A DNA stretch of 64,000 nucleotides from an uncultured Eubacteriales bacterium (GTDB taxonomy: Bacteria; Bacillota; Clostridia; Christensenellales; UBA1242). The number at the start of each line of letters is the position of its first letter. Within the stretch, counting starts at the first letter, position 1. The position numbers were made by a program, and so were the translations under genes. Of this stretch, positions 25,766-35,516 are shown piece after piece. The notes under the pieces were generated by a model, which did no database searches, was not told where the DNA came from, and was given only the letters and a program-made list of their open reading frames with translations. The DNA is taken from positions 115-64,114 of the forward strand of contig CARJLX010000001.1 in NCBI GenBank assembly GCA_949001935.1, in the 5' to 3' direction.

Positions 25766-27229
25766 ATGAAAGGAAGTCAACTTTTTGAAGATATTTTAAC
25801 GACGGAACAGCTCGAGAAACTACAAGAGCGATATGTTAGCCGTGTAGTTGCTAATTCATCTGGAGTTGAAGATGGGGATGTTTTTGTATGTCTAAAGGGT
25901 GGCAGGTTTAATGGTCGAGATTATGTTGCTGAAGCTTTGGAAAGAGGGGCTTCCTATATTGTTTGCGAAGAAGATTTAGGTTTAGAAAATCAAGTTGTTG
26001 TGGATGATGCTAGAAGTGCGTTTTCTCTTTTATGTAAAAATTTAAGTGATAAAGCATGCGAAAAACTTAAAATCATTGGTATAACTGGCACAAATGGTAA
26101 AACAACTACTGCAAATGTTTTGGCATCAGTCCTTGAATCATTTGGTGAAAGAGTTGGTGTTATAGGTACGCTGGGAGCAAGTTATTATGGAAAAACTATA
26201 GATACAGGTTTTACGACTCCAGATCCTGATATTTTGCATATGATTTTTAGTGATATGGTCAGGTGCGGAATTGAGTATGTTGTTATGGAAGTTTCGGCAC
26301 ATGCTTTAGCACTCAAAAAACTTGATGGAATTAAATTTGATATAGGTATTTTAACAAACATAACTCAAGATCACTTAGATTTCTTTAAAAATATGGAATA
26401 TTATGCAAGCACTAAACTAGCTTTTTTTGATAGTAAATATTGTAAAGCTGGTATAGTTTGTGCTGACGATCGTTATGCGAGTCGACTTATTGATAATCCA
26501 AAAGTAAATATTCCTATTTTACCTTATGGCATGGAAAATCCTGGGGAATGTTTTGCAATGTCTATAAAAGAAGGGATTGGTGGTTGTAAATTTTTAGTTA
26601 ATTGTTTTGACGAAGTTGCAAGAGTTGAAAGTAATTTGGTGGGGCGATTTAATATAGAAAATCTTTTAGCAGTCATAACTGCCTGCTCAATGGAAGGATA
26701 TGACCTAAAAAGTGTTGTGAAATCAATTAAAAAAATAGAGCCTGTTGAAGGGCGATTTAATGTAATAAAATCTAATGGTATCAATGTGATAATTGATTAT
26801 GCTCATACTCCTGATGGTCTTGAAAATCTTCTTAAAACTGCAAAGGAGTTGACTGAGGGTAGGCTTTTAACGCTTTTTGGTTGTGGTGGAAATCGTGATA
26901 AAGCGAAGCGTCCACTAATGGGAAGAGTTGCAAGTAAATATAGCGACCATGTTATTTTAACTAGTGACAATCCTCGAAATGAAGACCCTAAAGCAATCAT
27001 TAGTGATATTGTTAAAGGTGTAAGTGGAAGTTATGAGATTATTTGTGATAGAGCTTTTGCAATTAAGCAAGGATTTTTTAAGTGTGGTGAAGGTGATACT
27101 TTAGTTATAGCAGGTAAGGGTGCAGAAAAAACGCAGGAGATAAATGGTAAGAAAAAGCCATTTAATGACTATGAAGAAGTATATAAAAACATAAAGTTGC
27201 GTAATAGTATATTAGGGGAAAATTCATGA
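25766..27229 (+). CDS. murE: UDP-MurNAc-L-Ala-D-Glu--2,6-diaminopimelate ligase
   Basis: GITGTNGKTTT and the DAP-type motif TSDNPRNEDP. AGGAGG precedes the ATG at 25766. Confidence 0.9.
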   Translation: MKGSQLFEDILTTEQLEKLQERYVSRVVANSSGVEDGDVFVCLKGGRFNGRDYVAEALERGASYIVCEEDLGLENQVVVDDARSAFSLLCKNLSDKACEKLKIIGITGTNGKTTTANVLASVLESFGERVGVIGTLGASYYGKTIDTGFTTPDPDILHMIFSDMVRCGIEYVVMEVSAHALALKKLDGIKFDIGILTNITQDHLDFFKNMEYYASTKLAFFDSKYCKAGIVCADDRYASRLIDNPKVNIPILPYGMENPGECFAMSIKEGIGGCKFLVNCFDEVARVESNLVGRFNIENLLAVITACSMEGYDLKSVVKSIKKIEPVEGRFNVIKSNGINVIIDYAHTPDGLENLLKTAKELTEGRLLTLFGCGGNRDKAKRPLMGRVASKYSDHVILTSDNPRNEDPKAIISDIVKGVSGSYEIICDRAFAIKQGFFKCGEGDTLVIAGKGAEKTQEINGKKKPFNDYEEVYKNIKLRNSILGENS

Positions 27230-28200
27230 ATATAGTTATTAAATATCTTGCTGTTTTTTTAATAAGTCTTATTGTAGGGGTGGTTTTAGGCTTTCCAGTC
27301 TTAAAAATTTGTCATAAGCTCAAATTTTCGCAGACCATCCTTCACTATGTGGACAAGCATGCTGGTAAAAGTGGAACGCCAACTATGGGTGGTTGGATTT
27401 TTATATTAGCAAGTATTATAGGCTCAGCACTATTTCTTAGAGATGATTATTTTTGGTGTATGCTTATATTACTTGTAATGTTATTTTATGGTTTGCTTGG
27501 CTTCTTAGACGATTTTATCAAAATTCGTTTTCATCAAAATGAGGGTTTAAAACCATATCAAAAAATTATTGGGCAGGTTGGCATATCTTTAGTTATAGCC
27601 CTTTATGTTTATTTTAAAGTTGGGACAAGCCTAGACTTATTTGGCCTCAAACTTGATTTAGGATTTTGGATTATACCTTTTATAATATTTTTCTATGTAG
27701 CGGTTACTAATTCTGTCAATTTACTTGATGGGCTTGATGGACTATGTGGAAATGTGAGCGGTGTTTATCTCTTATTTATGGGTATTATACTTGCATTAAT
27801 GGGAGGGGTTAACGGGAATATTGCACTTTTATGTTTTTCTATGGTGGGAGGCTTGATAGCATTTATTTTATTCAATGGTTTTCCAGCCAAGATTTTTATG
27901 GGCGATACCGGTTCTCTTGCATTAGGTGGTTTTATTGCTTCGGTGGCGGTTTTCTCTGGGACAGAATTAATTTTGCCAATAATTGGTCTGATGTATGTTT
28001 TAACTGCACTTTCAGATATATTGCAAGTTTTACATTACAAACGCACACACAAAAGAATTTTTAAAATGGCACCATTACATCATCATTTTGAAGGCTTAGG
28101 TGTGCATGAAAATCGCATTGTCACAATATATATAGTAATAACAATGGTTTTAGGGATTGCTTCTCTAATTGGCTATTTGTTTGCTTTAGGAGTTGTGTAA
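27226..28200 (+). CDS. mraY: phospho-N-acetylmuramoyl-pentapeptide transferase
   Basis: KSGTPTMGG, NLLDGLDGL, MGDTGSLALGG. ATGA overlap with murE. Confidence 0.95.
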   Translation: MNIVIKYLAVFLISLIVGVVLGFPVLKICHKLKFSQTILHYVDKHAGKSGTPTMGGWIFILASIIGSALFLRDDYFWCMLILLVMLFYGLLGFLDDFIKIRFHQNEGLKPYQKIIGQVGISLVIALYVYFKVGTSLDLFGLKLDLGFWIIPFIIFFYVAVTNSVNLLDGLDGLCGNVSGVYLLFMGIILALMGGVNGNIALLCFSMVGGLIAFILFNGFPAKIFMGDTGSLALGGFIASVAVFSGTELILPIIGLMYVLTALSDILQVLHYKRTHKRIFKMAPLHHHFEGLGVHENRIVTIYIVITMVLGIASLIGYLFALGVV

Positions 28201-28201
28201 A

Positions 28202-29506
28202 ATGAAAATTGCTAAAAGGGTTTTAGTTTATGGAATGGGATTATCTGGTCAAGCAGTATGCAAATTGTTGCATAAGCATGGCGTTTGCGTAAGTTTCTAT
28301 GATGATGAAAACCGTTTTGGCAATTTTTTTAATTTTGATAAAGAGCCAACTCGTCACCATTATGATATGGTTGTTGTAAGTCCTGGAATAAAAGTGATAG
28401 GCAATCAAATTATCTCTCATTTTGTTATCAATAAGACTCCTATATATAGTGAACTTGATATTGGGTTCATGTTTTGTCGGGGGAGATTTGTTGGCATAAC
28501 AGGAACTAATGGTAAAACGACAACAACTTCGCTAGTTGGCAAGATTTTTAGCGAGGCGGGGAAAGATAATATTGTTTGTGGGAACATTGGTCTTCCAATT
28601 GCCTCAGTATGTGAAAAGGCGGGGAGTAAAACATATCTCATTACCGAGGTCTCAAATTTTCAACTTGAACTTAGTCGAGTTTTTTCTTGTCAAACAGCTT
28701 GCATATTAAATATCGCTCCTGATCACCTTGATAGGCACGGAAGCATGGCAGAATATGTTAGGGTTAAAAGAAAAATATTATCAAATAAAAAATCACAAAA
28801 GGTTATTTTAAATTTTGATGACGAATATTCTAAGGGTTCAAAAATATCTAAGAAAAATCTTTATTTTAGTAAAAATATCTTAAATAAAGGCGTTTTTATT
28901 AAAAATAATGCAATTTATTATAACAAAACTAAAATTATTTCGTTGAATGACATTCCTCTTTTAGGAGAGAAAAACCTAGAAAATGTGCTTGCATCAGTTG
29001 CTATTGCGATTGCAAACAAGATTAAGCCAAGATTTATCAAGTCGGCAATTATGTCTTTTAAACCCCCGGCACATAGACTTGAATTTTTAGGTAAATTCAA
29101 CGGTGCGTTAGTATATGATGACAGCAAGGCGACTAATCTTCCTTCTGTTGAGGGAGCGTTAAAAGCTTTGAATGGTGGGAATATTTTGATTCTTATGGGC
29201 GGAAGAAATAAGGATTTAGATTTTGATGATTTTTTTAGAAAGGGTTATAAATTAACTCAAGTTTTATGTTTTGGTGAGGCAGGTCAGGAAATTTACCATT
29301 CGGCAAAAAAGTTTAATTATGAGGCTTTATTATTTGATAAGATGATTGATGCATGTGAATATGTGAAAGAATGTGCAGTTGAGAATATGATAATACTTTT
29401 AAGTCCGGCTTGTGCAAGTTTTGATGAATTTGCTTCATATGCCGTTCGAGGAGAACAATTCAAGGAGTATATATTTGGTCAAGGAAAAATCACGCAAAAA
29501 GATTGA
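28202..29506 (+). CDS. murD: UDP-MurNAc-L-alanine--D-glutamate ligase
   Basis: GITGTNGKTTTTSL plus Mur ligase C-domain PAHRLEF. Confidence 0.9.
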   Translation: MKIAKRVLVYGMGLSGQAVCKLLHKHGVCVSFYDDENRFGNFFNFDKEPTRHHYDMVVVSPGIKVIGNQIISHFVINKTPIYSELDIGFMFCRGRFVGITGTNGKTTTTSLVGKIFSEAGKDNIVCGNIGLPIASVCEKAGSKTYLITEVSNFQLELSRVFSCQTACILNIAPDHLDRHGSMAEYVRVKRKILSNKKSQKVILNFDDEYSKGSKISKKNLYFSKNILNKGVFIKNNAIYYNKTKIISLNDIPLLGEKNLENVLASVAIAIANKIKPRFIKSAIMSFKPPAHRLEFLGKFNGALVYDDSKATNLPSVEGALKALNGGNILILMGGRNKDLDFDDFFRKGYKLTQVLCFGEAGQEIYHSAKKFNYEALLFDKMIDACEYVKECAVENMIILLSPACASFDEFASYAVRGEQFKEYIFGQGKITQKD

Positions 29507-30629
29507 TATAAAATTTAATCTCAAAAATACTGGTTTTGACGGAAAAAGTTTTGCCATTTTTTTGCTTGTCGTAGGTTTGGCTTGCTTTGGTTGCTTAATG
29601 GTGTATAGTGCATCTTATTATTCTGCGCAGCATCATTATAATAATCAATATTTCTTTTTATTTAAGCAGATTTTTGGTGTTGTATTAGGTTTTTTTGCTT
29701 TAGGATTTTTCTATTTTTTTGATTATCATAAACTTGCAAAATTAAAAATACCTATTGTTATAGTAAGTTTACTTCTTCTTGTATTAGTTTTTATTCCAGG
29801 GCTTGGAGTTGAAAGTTATGGGGCAAAACGCTGGGTTTCTATTTTGGGAATTTCAATTCAACCTTCTGAGATAGCCAAGTTTGCATTAGTTATTTTTTCG
29901 GCGAGCTATATGGCAGATAATCATGACAAAATAAAAACTTTTAAAGGGTTATTGCCCATACTTGCTGTTGCTGGAGTCTTTTGTCTACTTATAATGTTAG
30001 AACCATCTATGAGTGTGACTATGTGCATATGTTTTGTCACTTTATTTATGCTTATAATTGGCGGAATAAGCAAAAAGCATACACTTATGTTTTCAATCCC
30101 TGCCTCTATGGCAGTGCCATTATTGATTGTTTTGGAGCCTTATAGATTGAAAAGATTGATGGCTTTTATTGACCCTTGGGCTTCTCCACAAGGTGAGGGT
30201 TTTCAACTTATTCAGTCTTTATATTCGCTGGGGTCAGGCGGTTGGTTTGGAACAGGGCTTTTTAATTCACGTCAAAAATTCCTCTTTTTACCATTTGCAG
30301 AAAGTGATTTTATTCTATCTATAATTGGAGAAGAGATTGGATTTGTTGGAGTTTTAATTTTAATGTCAGCTTTTTTAGCACTTGTAATTCTTTTGGCAAA
30401 GATTGCTTTGAATGCTAAAGATAGATTTGGATGTATGTTGGTTTGTGGTATTGCTTTTATTATAGGGGTGCAAACTTTGCTCAATATTGCTGTTGTGACA
30501 GGTTCTATACCTCCAACAGGACTCCCTTTGCCATTCATTTCTAGCGGAGGTACTTCTGTTTCTGTATTTATGGGGGCAATAGGTATGGCGTTAAATGTTA
30601 GAAAGCAGAGTAAGAATAAATCACTTTAA
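29475..30629 (+). CDS. ftsW: SEDS-family peptidoglycan polymerase FtsW/SpoVE
   Basis: 10-TM SEDS sequence (QPSEIAK, GSGGWFGTGL, LPFAESDFI, PLPFISSGGTS). TTG at 29475 preceded by AAGGAG. The start is tentative. Confidence 0.85.
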   Translation: MVKEKSRKKIDIKFNLKNTGFDGKSFAIFLLVVGLACFGCLMVYSASYYSAQHHYNNQYFFLFKQIFGVVLGFFALGFFYFFDYHKLAKLKIPIVIVSLLLLVLVFIPGLGVESYGAKRWVSILGISIQPSEIAKFALVIFSASYMADNHDKIKTFKGLLPILAVAGVFCLLIMLEPSMSVTMCICFVTLFMLIIGGISKKHTLMFSIPASMAVPLLIVLEPYRLKRLMAFIDPWASPQGEGFQLIQSLYSLGSGGWFGTGLFNSRQKFLFLPFAESDFILSIIGEEIGFVGVLILMSAFLALVILLAKIALNAKDRFGCMLVCGIAFIIGVQTLLNIAVVTGSIPPTGLPLPFISSGGTSVSVFMGAIGMALNVRKQSKNKSL

Positions 30630-30654
30630 ATCAAATTTTTTCATAAAATGTTAT

Positions 30655-31905
30655 ATGGCAAAATTTTTTATTAATGGTGGCAAAAAGATAGAGGGAGAAA
30701 TTGAGGTTGAGAGTGCTAAAAATGCACTTCTTCCTATTCTCTCTGCTTGTAATTTGATTGATGGTAAAGTTAGGCTAAAAAAAGTTCCTAAATTTTTAGA
30801 TGTTTTAGCAATGTGTGATATCTTGAATTATTTAGGTGGTAAAACCTTATGGGAAGAGGACGACTTAATTATAGATATGTCCTCTCCCAAATGTGGTGAT
30901 GTTCCAAACTCTTTGGCAGATAAGGTTCGAGCCTCAATTTTTATGCTTGGCCCTATTTTGGCAAGGCAAAAAAAGGTAAAGATTGCATATCCTGGTGGTT
31001 GTGATATTGGTTTAAGGCCTATCGACCTTCATCTTTCTGGAATGAGAGCTTTAGGTGCAAAAGTAGTTGAAAAAAATGGTTACATATATTGTGATGGCTC
31101 TAATATGAAAGGTGGAGATGTAATATTAAATTTCCCAAGTGTAGGTGCGACTGAAAATATAATGATGGCTGCGGTGTTGACAAAGGGGAAAACTCGAATC
31201 TATAACTGTGCAAAAGAGCCTGAGGTGGTTGACCTTCAAAATTTCCTCAATGCATGCGGAGCTAAGGTTTATAATGCTGGTTGCTCTGTTATCGAAATAG
31301 AGGGAGTAGATAAGTTGACTGGAATTGAGTATCAAACTATTCCTGATAGAATTATTGCGGGTACATATATTATTGCATGTGCAATGTGTGGTGGAAAGTT
31401 AACTATAAAAGGGGCGATTGCTCAAGAAAATCAGGTGTTATTATCAAAACTTTCAAATTCTCCTTGCATTATTGATGTTAAAGATGATAAAATTAAAGTG
31501 AAGTCTTATGGTAGACCAAAATCTTTTGGCGAACTTGAAACTGCAGTTTATCCAGGGTTTCCAACAGATCTTCAAGCACAAACAATGGCATTACAATGTG
31601 TTAGCGAGGGCACTTGCATGATTGTTGAAAATCTTTTTGAGTCTAGATTCAAGCATATTCCAGAGCTTATCAAGATGGGAGGAGATATTAGTTTTCGAGA
31701 TCGGGTTTGCGTTGTGCGTGGAAGGGATAAACTATATGGGGCTGATGTTTGGGCAAGCGATCTTCGAGGTGGAGCTTCTTTAGTACTTGCAGGTTTGGTT
31801 GCCGAGGGCTACACAACAATAAGCAATATTGAACTTATAGATAGAGGTTATTTTAAACTTGAAGAAAAGTTAACTTCGCTTGGGCTTAATATAAAAAGGA
31901 TTTGA
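30655..31905 (+). CDS. murA: UDP-N-acetylglucosamine 1-carboxyvinyltransferase
   Basis: MAKFFINGGKKIEGEIEVESAKNALLPIL and the GGCDIGLRPIDLH loop. Confidence 0.9.
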   Translation: MAKFFINGGKKIEGEIEVESAKNALLPILSACNLIDGKVRLKKVPKFLDVLAMCDILNYLGGKTLWEEDDLIIDMSSPKCGDVPNSLADKVRASIFMLGPILARQKKVKIAYPGGCDIGLRPIDLHLSGMRALGAKVVEKNGYIYCDGSNMKGGDVILNFPSVGATENIMMAAVLTKGKTRIYNCAKEPEVVDLQNFLNACGAKVYNAGCSVIEIEGVDKLTGIEYQTIPDRIIAGTYIIACAMCGGKLTIKGAIAQENQVLLSKLSNSPCIIDVKDDKIKVKSYGRPKSFGELETAVYPGFPTDLQAQTMALQCVSEGTCMIVENLFESRFKHIPELIKMGGDISFRDRVCVVRGRDKLYGADVWASDLRGGASLVLAGLVAEGYTTISNIELIDRGYFKLEEKLTSLGLNIKRI

Positions 31906-31906
31906 T

Positions 31907-32770
31907 TTGAAGAAAAAACTTTTAATCACAGGTGGAATAATTTTGGGAGTTATAGCCGTTTTGGTTATTCTTTTGTTCACTCTTTTTGCAGTTAGAACTG
32001 TAAAAGTGGACTATAGAACAAGTACCACTCAAAACATGCCGACTACAGAGCAAATTATTGAAGCTGGAGAGTTCTCTTATGGCACTCCTATTATGTTTAT
32101 AAAAAAGAACAATTTTAAAAACAAAATAGAAGAAAAATATCCTTATGTTGAAGTTATAAACATTGAAACTGTTTTCCCAAACAAGTTGATAGTTCATGTT
32201 AAAGAGCGAGAAGAAATTTATGCCATAAATGAAAATGGAAAGGCATATTTTGTAGATAATACATTAAAAGTTTTAAGAATTGAGGAAGGTGAATTTATTT
32301 CAACACAAAACAATGCAATAGCTATTTCTGGGATTGAAATAAAAAACGCACAAGTTGGCGATTTTTTAAGTGATGAAAATTATGTTGATGTTTATAATGC
32401 TTTTGTGGCAAATAATAGGCTTTTATATGAACAAAAAGAGATTATCAAGTCTATTGAATTTTCAACTTTTAAAGATCCAAATACACAAGAGTCTAATTCA
32501 TGTTTGACCATATGCACATATGATAATACTTTATATTATATATATAACTCAAATAAATTCTTGAGCAAAAAAATTACTAAATTCCTGGCAGTCTTTACTG
32601 ATTTTTATAATCTTGTTGGCAAAGATGTTACAAAAGATGCCTCATCTTCATACTTTGGGCAAGTATGGACTCTTGATATGCTTAAAAGTGCATATGTGAT
32701 TATAAACAACAACTATATTATTGAAGATATGGAAGATTTTATATTTGCAAATGTATTGCCTAAACAATAA
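31907..32770 (+). CDS. ftsQ: cell division protein FtsQ/DivIB (POTRA)
   Basis: Single N-terminal TM followed by VRTVKV.. POTRA-like region. Position between mur genes and ftsA. TTG start. Confidence 0.7.
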   Translation: MKKKLLITGGIILGVIAVLVILLFTLFAVRTVKVDYRTSTTQNMPTTEQIIEAGEFSYGTPIMFIKKNNFKNKIEEKYPYVEVINIETVFPNKLIVHVKEREEIYAINENGKAYFVDNTLKVLRIEEGEFISTQNNAIAISGIEIKNAQVGDFLSDENYVDVYNAFVANNRLLYEQKEIIKSIEFSTFKDPNTQESNSCLTICTYDNTLYYIYNSNKFLSKKITKFLAVFTDFYNLVGKDVTKDASSSYFGQVWTLDMLKSAYVIINNNYIIEDMEDFIFANVLPKQ

Positions 32771-32845
32771 ATATCGACTTAATTCGACAAAAATCACTAC
32801 AACGCGTTAAAAGTAGATAAAAGTTATAGAAAAACACCTAAATTT

Positions 32846-32887
32846 AAACTAACTTTGTTTTAAATGTTTGACAAAGTTAGTTTTTTT
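32846..32887 (+). terminator. strong terminator between ftsQ and ftsA
   Basis: Perfect 13-bp stem AAACTAACTTTGT / ACAAAGTTAGTTT with a 12-nt loop and a T-run. Confidence 0.75.
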
Positions 32888-32896
32888 GGTTAAAAT
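32868..32896 (+). promoter_or_regulatory. sigma-A-type promoter TTGACA-17-TAAAAT embedded in the terminator hairpin
   Basis: The -35 element lies across the loop and 3' arm of the hairpin. The -10 lies 18 nt upstream of the ftsA ATG. Confidence 0.45.
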
Positions 32897-32913
32897 TTAA
32901 TTAAAGGTGAATT

Positions 32914-34044
32914 ATGGCTAAAAATAAGGATGTTTTAGTTTTTGATATTGGCTCTTCTAAACTTAGAGCTATGGTTGCTAGCGAGGGTGTTAACAACACT
33001 TTTATCATCAAATCACAAACCGTTGTGGATTATGCAGGCTATTACGAGGGAAGATTTTTGGATGAAGAAGGGCTTGTTGATGTTTTTGATGGTGTTCTTC
33101 ATGAATTAGATTTTCAAGTTGGAAAAAATAAAGATAAAATATATATTGGTGTTCCTGCCGAATTTTCTTCTGTGCAAACAACAACCGCTAATTTAAATTT
33201 TGGAGAACGCAAAAGACTTAAAAAAACTGATCTTGATACGCTTTTCTATTCAGCAAGCGAAAAGGCTAAGGAAGAAAATGCTGAAATATTATCTGTTTGT
33301 CCTATTATTTATAAACTAGATGAAGGGCGTGTTGTTAGTGAGCCAATTGGAGAAACGGCCTCTTCAATTTCTGCTGAACTTTCTATTATTTATGCGGGTA
33401 GGAGTTTTATAAGTTTATTTAATACAATTGTTGGAAATCTTGGATTTGCTAGTGTTGAATATATTTCAGAGCCTCTTTGTGAAGGACTTTTCTGTATAAA
33501 CAAAGATGATAGAGAAGATTTAAACATGCTTATCAATATTGGTGATCTTACAACTAGTGTTGCTTTTGTTAAAGGCGAAGGGCTTGTTAGTTTGTATTCT
33601 TTCTCTTATGGTGGGGGACATATAACAAATGATCTTTCGGAAGCGTTTGAACTTTCATTAACTGAGGCAGATAGATTGAAAAAACAAATAGTTCTTTCTT
33701 TGAAAGGAAAGAATAATGATTTCTATGAACTTATGAGTGATAGTGGAAAAATAGTTAAAATTCCTCTTATTGATGCAAATGAGGTTGTTGGTTATAGATT
33801 AGATACCATAGGTTCTGCTATTACGCAATGCTTACAACTTTTCTCAAAACAATATATATCTTATCTTCCTGCATATCTAACAGGTTGTGGAGTTAGTTTG
33901 ATTAAAGGAGGAAGGGATTATTTAGCAAAATGTTTAGGCAGAAATATTTCTTATGGAGTTCCGCCAATTCCAGGCAAAGAAAAGCCTCAAAATTCCTCAG
34001 TTTTGTCCCTTGTGGACTATGCATTAAAGAGTAACGATGCATAA
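32914..34044 (+). CDS. ftsA: cell division protein FtsA (short form)
   Basis: Actin-fold N-terminus VLVFDIGSSKLRAMV, a later DIGDLTTSV-like phosphate loop (NIGDLTTSVAF), position before ftsZ. Confidence 0.8.
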   Translation: MAKNKDVLVFDIGSSKLRAMVASEGVNNTFIIKSQTVVDYAGYYEGRFLDEEGLVDVFDGVLHELDFQVGKNKDKIYIGVPAEFSSVQTTTANLNFGERKRLKKTDLDTLFYSASEKAKEENAEILSVCPIIYKLDEGRVVSEPIGETASSISAELSIIYAGRSFISLFNTIVGNLGFASVEYISEPLCEGLFCINKDDREDLNMLINIGDLTTSVAFVKGEGLVSLYSFSYGGGHITNDLSEAFELSLTEADRLKKQIVLSLKGKNNDFYELMSDSGKIVKIPLIDANEVVGYRLDTIGSAITQCLQLFSKQYISYLPAYLTGCGVSLIKGGRDYLAKCLGRNISYGVPPIPGKEKPQNSSVLSLVDYALKSNDA

Positions 34045-34154
34045 ATTTCAAAAAAAATGAAAATTTATGCAAAAATTTTATAAAATCTTTACAATTTTCT
34101 TGCGTATTTTTATAAAATGTTATAAAATATACTTAAATTAAAGGAGTTATTATT

Positions 34155-35345
34155 ATGGAAAATGATTTAATGAACACTTCAATTGCTAAAATCAAAGTTA
34201 TTGGTGTTGGTGGTGCAGGTAATAACGCTATCAATCGTATGATTGACGCTGGTGTTAGTTCTGCTGAATTTGTTTCTGTTAATACAGATAAACAAACTCT
34301 GCTTGTAAGCAAGGCTAAAACAAAACTTCAAATTGGTGAAAGATTAACTGGTGGTCTTGGTGCGGGAGCTAATCCAGAAATTGGTCAAAAAGCTGCCGAA
34401 GAAAGCAAGGCTTCTATCACAGATATGCTTAAAGGCACAAATCTTGTTTTCATTACTGCTGGTATGGGTGGTGGTACTGGAACTGGTGCTGCTCCTGTTA
34501 TTGCACAAATATCCAAGGAACTTGGGATTTTAACTATTGCTGTTATCACTAAGCCTTTTGATTTTGAAGGACCTATTAGAGCAAAGAATGCAGAAAAAGG
34601 TCTTGAAGGTTTAAGAAAATATGTTGATGCACTCGTTGTTATTCCAAACCAAAAACTTCTTCAAATCGTTCCAAAGAAAACTCCACTTCCTGAATCATTT
34701 AGATATGCAGATGATGTTTTAAGACAAGGCGTTCAAGGTATTTCTGACCTTATTGTTTTCCCTGGTCTTATCAATCTCGACTTTGCCGATGTGACAACTA
34801 TTATGAAAGATAAAGGGCTTGCTCACATGGGTATTGGTTATGGTACAGGTGATAATAAAGCTCTTGACGCTGTTAAACAAGCAGTTGCAAGTCCTCTTCT
34901 TGAAACAACAATTGAAGGTGCAACCGGTCTTCTTATCAATATTAAGGGTGGCAATGATCTTACTCAAGACGACCTTTCAGAGGCAGCAGCTCTTGTTCGT
35001 GAAGTTGTTGATGAAAACTGCAACATTATTCTTGGAACAAGCATTGATGAGAATATGCATGACGAAGTTGAAATCACATTGATTGCAACTGGTTTCCCTT
35101 CAACTTTGTTAGCAAAAGATGAAAAAGCTAAAGAAATTGAAAATGCAAGACGCCTAGGAAATCTCGGAGATAAAAAAGAAACAACTCCAGTTTCTCGCGG
35201 AATCTTTGGTGGAATGGCACAAGCTCAAAGAGAAGAAAAGCCTGAAGTTGCTGTTAAGCCAGTAGCTGACAATTCATCTTCTAGAGTAGAAGTAGAAGGC
35301 TCAGTTCCTCCTTGGATAGAAAAATTAAGAAGAAACAAAAAATAG
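34155..35345 (+). CDS. ftsZ: cell division GTPase FtsZ
   Basis: [17 protein letters not shown] and [13 protein letters not shown]. Confidence 0.97.
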   Translation: MENDLMNTSIAKIKVIGVGGAGNNAINRMIDAGVSSAEFVSVNTDKQTLLVSKAKTKLQIGERLTGGLGAGANPEIGQKAAEESKASITDMLKGTNLVFITAGMGGGTGTGAAPVIAQISKELGILTIAVITKPFDFEGPIRAKNAEKGLEGLRKYVDALVVIPNQKLLQIVPKKTPLPESFRYADDVLRQGVQGISDLIVFPGLINLDFADVTTIMKDKGLAHMGIGYGTGDNKALDAVKQAVASPLLETTIEGATGLLINIKGGNDLTQDDLSEAAALVREVVDENCNIILGTSIDENMHDEVEITLIATGFPSTLLAKDEKAKEIENARRLGNLGDKKETTPVSRGIFGGMAQAQREEKPEVAVKPVADNSSSRVEVEGSVPPWIEKLRRNKK

Positions 35346-35374
35346 CAACCAAATGTTGTACGAATAACTTTATA

Positions 35375-35399
35375 AAAAAGTGGCAATGCCACTTTTTTT
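35375..35399 (+). terminator. terminator after ftsZ
   Basis: AAAGTGGCA-AT-GCCACTTT followed by a T-run. Confidence 0.75.
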
Positions 35400-35426
35400 G
35401 TGTTTACTTTTTAAATTGAGTTGACA

Positions 35427-35451
35427 AAAAGGGTGGCATTGCCACCTTTTT
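35427..35451 (+). terminator. second, near-identical hairpin (GGTGGCATTGCCACC)
   Basis: Same GTGGCA/TGCCAC core 50 nt downstream of the first, followed by TTTTT. Confidence 0.5.
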
Positions 35452-35456
35452 CGTCA
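35450..35456 (-). promoter_or_regulatory. Spo0A-box-like heptamer (TGACGAA on minus strand) upstream of spoIIGA
   Basis: Fits the 0A box TGNCGAA. Lies about 35 nt upstream of the TATAAT at 35490-35495. spoIIG is Spo0A-activated in B. subtilis. Confidence 0.35.
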
Positions 35457-35516
35457 AAATTTTTATAGGGTGAATAGGTTTATTTTTTGTATAATTAATG
35501 TGTGAAGGAGGGGTAT

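Noticed and set aside
29412-29474. Long 5' extensions of track ORFs overlapping upstream genes (ftsW 29412, murA 30595, murE 25733, murD 28193, GH 9748, GH16 9012, rpmB to 46499, asp23 46504, feoA 39735, rsmE 56388, tsaD 52387).
   Set aside because: Downstream starts either have proper SD sequences or match the conserved N-termini of the families. The extensions overlap preceding genes or terminators.
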